DNA of 64,000 nucleotides from assembly GCA_965219415.1 (NCBI GenBank), contig CBDCNP010000002.1:4448001-4512000 (forward strand). The letters run 5' to 3'. The position numbers and the translations under genes were made by a program. Each line of letters begins with the position of its first letter. The first letter of the stretch is position 1. Below are positions 58,572-64,000 of this stretch, one piece after another. This DNA is from Candidatus Marinacidobacterales bacterium (lineage in GTDB: Bacteria > Acidobacteriota > Vicinamibacteria > Marinacidobacterales > DATDRI01). The notes under the pieces are model-generated. The model saw nothing but the letters and a program-made list of their open reading frames with translations. It had not been told where the DNA came from and made no database searches.

Positions 58572-59081
58572 ATGCGCCCACAGTGGCAGGCTCCGGGGGT
58601 GGTTAAGGCCAAATTCGCTTGGAACTCGCTGTTCATCGCCGGAGATATTTTCGCGGTCGTGCGTTGGATTTTCAAGGACGGGCTCACAGTGAACATCCAG
58701 CTTGGGTACCCAGAATACGCAGCTATTCTTGCGTTTTGCACCTCGATGCTTATCTTGACCAATTGGAAATGGATAAATAGGCTGAGGCCGTCGGTACAAT
58801 TTTCTGGGTTGCATCCAGAGATTGTAAGGTGTCGAGACGAAGCGGCAAAGCTAATGCAGCTCAAATCCTTCGAGCCAGAAAAGTTCGCGTTGATCCTGGA
58901 GTTACAGTACGAATTTGAGCGATTGGAAATTCCAACGCCCATGAAAGATTTGAGGGGATTGAAGACACCTGTCCAGTTTGCAGCTTGGAAAGATGCCCTG
59001 TTTGTGTTTTTTCAAAAAATGGTACCCCTCGCAAAGCATCGTGAATTGAAGAAGGCTCGTGCGTATTGGAAATCAGCCTAG
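58572..59081 (+). CDS. Hypothetical membrane protein
   Basis: Lower-GC ORF with hydrophobic N-terminal half. Confidence 0.45.
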   Translation: MRPQWQAPGVVKAKFAWNSLFIAGDIFAVVRWIFKDGLTVNIQLGYPEYAAILAFCTSMLILTNWKWINRLRPSVQFSGLHPEIVRCRDEAAKLMQLKSFEPEKFALILELQYEFERLEIPTPMKDLRGLKTPVQFAAWKDALFVFFQKMVPLAKHRELKKARAYWKSA

Positions 59082-59158
59082 ATGGGCATTTGACTAAATC
59101 CTAGGCCTCGCCCTATAGTCCCACCTGCCAAACAACTGCGGTAGGTCCATCCCATCGG

Positions 59159-60438
59159 TGTGCATCGTCAAAACTGCTCCGCCCACGAAATCGAGGACTT
59201 ACGCTCCGCTTGAATTCCGGGCCGAAGACGGCGAAACTCCGCCGCTATGCTCAACGTTGTTGTCTTCCTCGTCTCACTTGGCGTCCGTGCCATTCGGGCG
59301 ATGTGTCGGCGCCGCGCCGACCTGGTGTTGGAGAACGTCGCTTTGCGGCAGCAAGTGACGGAAGAAAGAGCGCCCACGCGCACCGCTCGAAGACACGGAA
59401 CGGGCTTTCTGGGTTGCCCTTCGAGGTTCGTGGCCCGTGTGGGCGAGCCGCCTGCTCACCGTCCACGCGGACACCGTGGCCCGTTGGCATCGCGACCGAT
59501 TCCGACGGTACTGGGCAAAGATCTCGCAGCGCCGCCATCCCGGTCGACCTCGGATTGATGCCGAGATTCGTCGCCTCGTCCGCACGATGGCGCAAGACGG
59601 CTGGGGGGCGCCACGCATCCATGCTGAGCTCACCAAGCTCGGTTTCATCATCTCCGAGAGCACGGTGTCGCGATACCTGCCGCGGCGTCCCGCGGAGCCC
59701 GACCAGCTGAAGCGATGGATGGCTTTCTTGCGCAACCATAAAGATGATATCGCCGCCATGGATCTGTTCACCGTGCCCACCGCGTCGCTCAGGCTGCTGT
59801 ACGGCATCTTCGTCATCGAACACGGTCGTCGGCACATCGTTCACTTCAACGCCACGTTCCACCCGACGTCTGCTTGGGTTATTCAGCAACTGCGTGAGGC
59901 GTTTCCCTACGACACCGCTCCGAGATATCTCATCTTCGATCGCGACTTCATCTTTAACGCTGCGGTCATCGAGTTCATCAAGGCAACGGGCACAAAACCC
60001 GTTCGCACTTCGTTTCGCAGCCCATGGCAAAACGGAACCGCGGAGCGGTGGGTCGGCAGCTGCCGTCGCGAGCTCCTTGAGCACGTCGTGGTTCTCGGCG
60101 CATGTCATCTCATCCGGCTCGTGCAAGCTTACATCAGCTACTATCATGAGGACCGTTGCCACTTGGGGCTGAACAAGGACACACCGAGCTTGAGAGCGGT
60201 CACGCACCGACCGTCTCCTACGGTGAAAGTAGTCGCACTGCCGCGAGTCGGTGGACTGCACCATCGATACGAGTGGCGAGAGGCAGCCTGAGTCAGCTTG
60301 GTCGCTCGCGTTACTCGGCTGGTCGCCGAGAAGTTCGTCCTCAGCACCTTCCCTCGCGCGCTGACCACGCTCTCCAGCATGGACTCGAGGGCTGTCCTGG
60401 CCTGGAGTCCAGTCCCGGACTAATAATGATGATGGACA
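59159..60438 (+). mobile_element. Element F copy 4, frameshifted near 59360
   Basis: Small deletion relative to the other copies. Confidence 0.85.
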
Positions 60439-60459
60439 GGATCCACGAGTGATACGGAG

Positions 60460-62289
60460 ATGCCAACAAAACACGCAATTCTCGCCGAGCTGACAGCGAA
60501 CGAGCTGCGCGCCAGCATCGACTTCTATGAGCTGGCGGTTGCGGATCGCCGCGTCAAGCCGCAACTCGTTGATACGCTTGCCCGCTCGCGGAAGGCGCGG
60601 CTCTATGAGATTCTGCAAGACCTCTCTAGAGAGCGCCTGAAGGAGCTGTGTCGAACGTTCGACCTCGATGATTCCGGCAGGAAAAAGGAGGATCTCGTAG
60701 CCCGTCTTATCCGACCGGCCGCTGCGTCGAAGAACAACACCGGGAACGTGCCCGCGCCAACCCGTTCCGTGGCAGAGGCGCCAGAACCGCGGAGTGAAGA
60801 GCTGAGCGTCGCGCAGCTCGAGCAGTATCTCTGGTCCGCCGCCGACATCCTGCGCGGCTCCATCGACAGCAGCGACTACAAAACCTACATCTTCGGTCTG
60901 CTCTTTCTGAAACGGCTATCGGACCGCTTCGAGGAGGAAGCGGAGAAGCTCATCGCTAAGGGTTTCTCCGAGACGGTGGCATGGAGGGACCCGGACGAGC
61001 ACGAGTTCTTCGTACCGGACCGGGCGCGGTGGGGCACGATCCAAAAACGGGCGACCAACATCGGGGAGACGCTGAACAAGGCGTGTGTCGCGCTAGAGGA
61101 ACAGAACGGCGGACTGGAAGGGGTGCTTGCCGGCATCGACTACAACGACGAACACAAGCTCGGCGACACCCGGAACCGCGACACCGTGCTCGTACGTCTG
61201 GTGCAGCACTTCTCCCAAATTTCCCTCCGCAACGACCGCATGGCCGAGCCCGATCTTCTCGGTCGCGCCTACGAGTATCTGATCGAGCAGTTCGCCGACG
61301 ACGCGGGCAAGAAAGGCGGCGAGTTCTACACGCCGCGGATGGTGGTTAAGCTCATCGTCGCGCTGCTGGCGCCCACCGAACGGATGCGTATCTGCGACCC
61401 GACGGCCGGTTCCGGCGGCATGTTGATCGAGTGCGCCCATTACATCGAGCACAAAGGTGGCAACCCGCGCGACCTGACGCTGCACGGCCAGGAGAAGAAT
61501 CTGAGCACCTGGGCCATTTGCAAGATGAACATGCTGCTACACGGGCTGCCGGACGCCCGAATCGAGAAGGGCGACACGATTCGGGACCCGAAGCTCGTGG
61601 ATGAAGGAGAGCTTCTGCTGTATGACCGGGTGATCGCCAATCCGCCGTTCAGCCTCGACGAGTGGGGCCGCGACGTGGCCGAGAACGACGGCTACGGGCG
61701 GTTCCGGTTCGGCGTGCCGCCGAAGACGAAGGGTGATCTGGCGTTTGTCCAGCACATGGTGGCTGTGCTGAACACTTCGGGCCGACTCGGCGTCGTGATG
61801 CCGCACGGCGTTCTGTTCCGCGGCAGTGCGGAGGGGAAGATCCGCCAGGGCTTGCTGGAGGAGGATCTCTTCGAGGCAGTCATCGGCTTGGCCCCGAACC
61901 TCTTCTACGGCACCGGCATCCCGGCGTCCATCCTGGTGCTGAATCGGGACAAGCCGGCGACAAGGAAGGGCAAGGCGCTGTTCATCGACGCGTCCGGCGA
62001 GTTCGAAGAGGGGAGCAACCAGAACCGCCTGCAGGACCAGGACATCGAGCACATCTCCAAAACGTTCCATGCGTACGCCGACGTAGAAAAATATGCGCGG
62101 GTCGTGCCGCTTGCCGAGATCGAACAAAACGACTGGAACCTTAACATCAGCCGCTACGTGGACACTTCAGAAGAAGAGGAGCGAATCGATGTGGCAGAGG
62201 CCGTGCGGAAGGTGAGGGAGCTAGAACGGGAGCGCGCGGCGGCCGAGACGACGATGAACCGATACCTGGCGGAGTTGGGATATGAGTAA
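60460..62289 (+). CDS. hsdM: Type I R-M methyltransferase
   Basis: LWSAADILRG, GEFYTP, DPTAGSGG, NPPF, PHGVLFRG. Confidence 0.96.
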   Translation: MPTKHAILAELTANELRASIDFYELAVADRRVKPQLVDTLARSRKARLYEILQDLSRERLKELCRTFDLDDSGRKKEDLVARLIRPAAASKNNTGNVPAPTRSVAEAPEPRSEELSVAQLEQYLWSAADILRGSIDSSDYKTYIFGLLFLKRLSDRFEEEAEKLIAKGFSETVAWRDPDEHEFFVPDRARWGTIQKRATNIGETLNKACVALEEQNGGLEGVLAGIDYNDEHKLGDTRNRDTVLVRLVQHFSQISLRNDRMAEPDLLGRAYEYLIEQFADDAGKKGGEFYTPRMVVKLIVALLAPTERMRICDPTAGSGGMLIECAHYIEHKGGNPRDLTLHGQEKNLSTWAICKMNMLLHGLPDARIEKGDTIRDPKLVDEGELLLYDRVIANPPFSLDEWGRDVAENDGYGRFRFGVPPKTKGDLAFVQHMVAVLNTSGRLGVVMPHGVLFRGSAEGKIRQGLLEEDLFEAVIGLAPNLFYGTGIPASILVLNRDKPATRKGKALFIDASGEFEEGSNQNRLQDQDIEHISKTFHAYADVEKYARVVPLAEIEQNDWNLNISRYVDTSEEEERIDVAEAVRKVRELERERAAAETTMNRYLAELGYE

Positions 62290-63562
62290 TACGAAAACTG
62301 CACCTCCTGGTTGGTGGTCCTCTGCCATCGGTGACATTTGCATTTTCAGCCGCGGCGTTTCCTGGAAGAAATCACAGGAGCGTCGTTCTCCCACGGTCGG
62401 TGCCGTTCCCGTGCTGCGTATTCCGAATGTCCAACGGACCCTTGAGTTGACAAATTTGATGTACATCGATGGCTTGACAAGGGCCCAGCAAACTAAGGCG
62501 CGAGTGAAAGAGGGGTGGACGCTTCTGGTAGGTTCCAATGGCAACCCAAAGCGCGTCGGGAATTGCGTATTCGTAGCTGAGCCACGGGATTTTCTTTTTG
62601 CGAGCTTCCTTATCGGTGCTAAGCCGAACGACCCGGATCGGGTGGATAGCGAGTTCCTCTATAGGTTGCTCAGCTCAGGGTCGGTACAAAATGACATTTG
62701 GCAGAGTGTCCAGGGTTCAACGGGACTTTGCAATATAGACCTGAACATGTTGAAAGCTCTGCATGTTCCGATACCCCCTCTCCCCGAGCAGCGCAAGATT
62801 GCCGCCATCCTGTCGTCGGTGGACGATGTCATCGAGAAGACCCAAGCGGTCATCGACCAGGTGCAGGTCGTCAAGCGCGGCCTGATGCAGGAGCTGCTAA
62901 CTAGGGGCCTGCCAGGACGGCACACGCGGTTCAAGCAAACGGAGATTGGACGGATACCGGAAGAGTGGGAGGTAGTCGAGTTGGCTTCAGTCGCCTCCGT
63001 TGAAAGAGGCAAGTTTGCGCACCGACCGAGAAACGACCCCCAATTCTATGGTGGACAGTACCCGTTCATTCAGACGGGAGATGTAGTAGCCTGTGATGGT
63101 CTTATAAGCAAATATAGCCAAACCCTCAACGAGGATGGGCTCGCAATCAGTAGACTATTTCCTAGCGGTACCATTGTCGTCACGATTGCGGCAAACATTG
63201 GCTCAACTGGCATTACAGTCTTTGATGTTGCCTTTCCCGACAGTCTTGTCGGTGTCCAGGCAGGCCCACGAGTCGATACGCGTTTTCTTGAACTCGTTCT
63301 TCGAAACCGCAAGCGTGAACTGGACAAATTCGCGCCTGAGAGTGCGCAAAAGAACATAAATCTGAACACTTTGAAACCACTCAAGATCCCGTTACCCGCC
63401 ATGTTGGAGCAAACAAAGATAGCCGAGAGTGTGTGGTCCATCATCATGCGCCTGAAGAAGGAAAGCGATCACTATGATGGCCTCACGCGAATCAAGTCCG
63501 CTCTCATGTCTGTCCTCCTCACCGGTGAGATCCGCGTCACCCCTGATCCTGAGGTTGCATGA
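62282..63562 (+). CDS. hsdS: Type I R-M specificity subunit
   Basis: PPLPEQRKIAAIL, GLMQELLT, two TRDs. Confidence 0.95.
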   Translation: MSNTKTAPPGWWSSAIGDICIFSRGVSWKKSQERRSPTVGAVPVLRIPNVQRTLELTNLMYIDGLTRAQQTKARVKEGWTLLVGSNGNPKRVGNCVFVAEPRDFLFASFLIGAKPNDPDRVDSEFLYRLLSSGSVQNDIWQSVQGSTGLCNIDLNMLKALHVPIPPLPEQRKIAAILSSVDDVIEKTQAVIDQVQVVKRGLMQELLTRGLPGRHTRFKQTEIGRIPEEWEVVELASVASVERGKFAHRPRNDPQFYGGQYPFIQTGDVVACDGLISKYSQTLNEDGLAISRLFPSGTIVVTIAANIGSTGITVFDVAFPDSLVGVQAGPRVDTRFLELVLRNRKRELDKFAPESAQKNINLNTLKPLKIPLPAMLEQTKIAESVWSIIMRLKKESDHYDGLTRIKSALMSVLLTGEIRVTPDPEVA

Positions 63563-64000
63563 GTCCGAAGACGACGGGATGGGACGAGCTGCACTTGGCA
63601 GAGAATCCCGCAGTCGAGCTAATCGGTTCCCTCGGCTACACCTACGTTCCACCGGAAGACCTTGAAAGCGAACGCCAGAATTTCAAGGAAACTATTCTGA
63701 CTGGACGCCTCGCGGAAGCTCTTAAGCAACTGAATCCTTGGCTCTCCGAGACCAACGTCACCAAGGCGGTGAAGTCGGTGACGCACATCGCTGCAGCCAG
63801 TCTCGCGGAGGCGAACGAGAAGGTCTACACGTCGCTCACCTACGGCATCGCGCTGGAGCAGGACCGGGGTGACGGACGGAAGAGCCACACGGTCCGGTTC
63901 TTCGACTTCGATCGGCCTGACCGCAACGAATGGATCGTTACCCGACAGTACAAGGTGCTCGGGTCGAAGAAGCACATCGTTCCGGATGTCGTGGTGTTCG
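63559..64000 (+). CDS. hsdR: Type I R-M restriction subunit, partial
   Basis: E...ENPA..LGY, LNPWL, DFD.P..N.W.V..Q, PDVV; start overlaps hsdS stop. Confidence 0.9.
   Translation, partial: MSPKTTGWDELHLAENPAVELIGSLGYTYVPPEDLESERQNFKETILTGRLAEALKQLNPWLSETNVTKAVKSVTHIAAASLAEANEKVYTSLTYGIALEQDRGDGRKSHTVRFFDFDRPDRNEWIVTRQYKVLGSKKHIVPDVVVF

Overview
GC-rich bacterial window that is an extreme mosaic of mobile-element ends, gene fragments and intact cargo genes. By eye I count about 90 transposon termini in 64 kb. They belong to an IS1-type family (GGTGCTTCCGCC.., 'C') and several related IS481-like/rve-integrase families (tips A CGTCCTGTGCCAAAACTC, B TGTGCCTTCTATTTATTC, D CGTCGTGTCCAAAAAC, E CGTGAGGTCAAAATAC, F TGTGCATCGTCAAAAC). 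These ends recur as MITEs, including hybrids of unrelated ends, and most truncated genes stop exactly at one of the tips. Two RNA-guided elements appear programmed against these ends. An IS1111/IS110 element has 3' non-coding guides matching the IS1-type terminal repeat it sits in, and a group II intron fragment has EBS1/EBS2 matching the D tip it sits in. IS3 and IS256 copies with clean TSDs also landed inside the IS1-type MITE, and an 8-bp TSD brackets a 13.3-kb nested segment. Cargo includes an M4 peptidase, bacterioferritin, a secreted HNH/excalibur nuclease, CIRCE-hsp20-groES-groEL, an NSS transporter, a 1-Cys peroxiredoxin, an M14 peptidase, HugZ, STAS, qNor and RlpA. Defence genes include AlbA_2/Schlafen, a MazF-type TA pair, ApeA-HEPN, a KAP NTPase and type I R-M. 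Product calls come from motif recognition only, and repeat-mediated misassembly cannot be excluded without reads.
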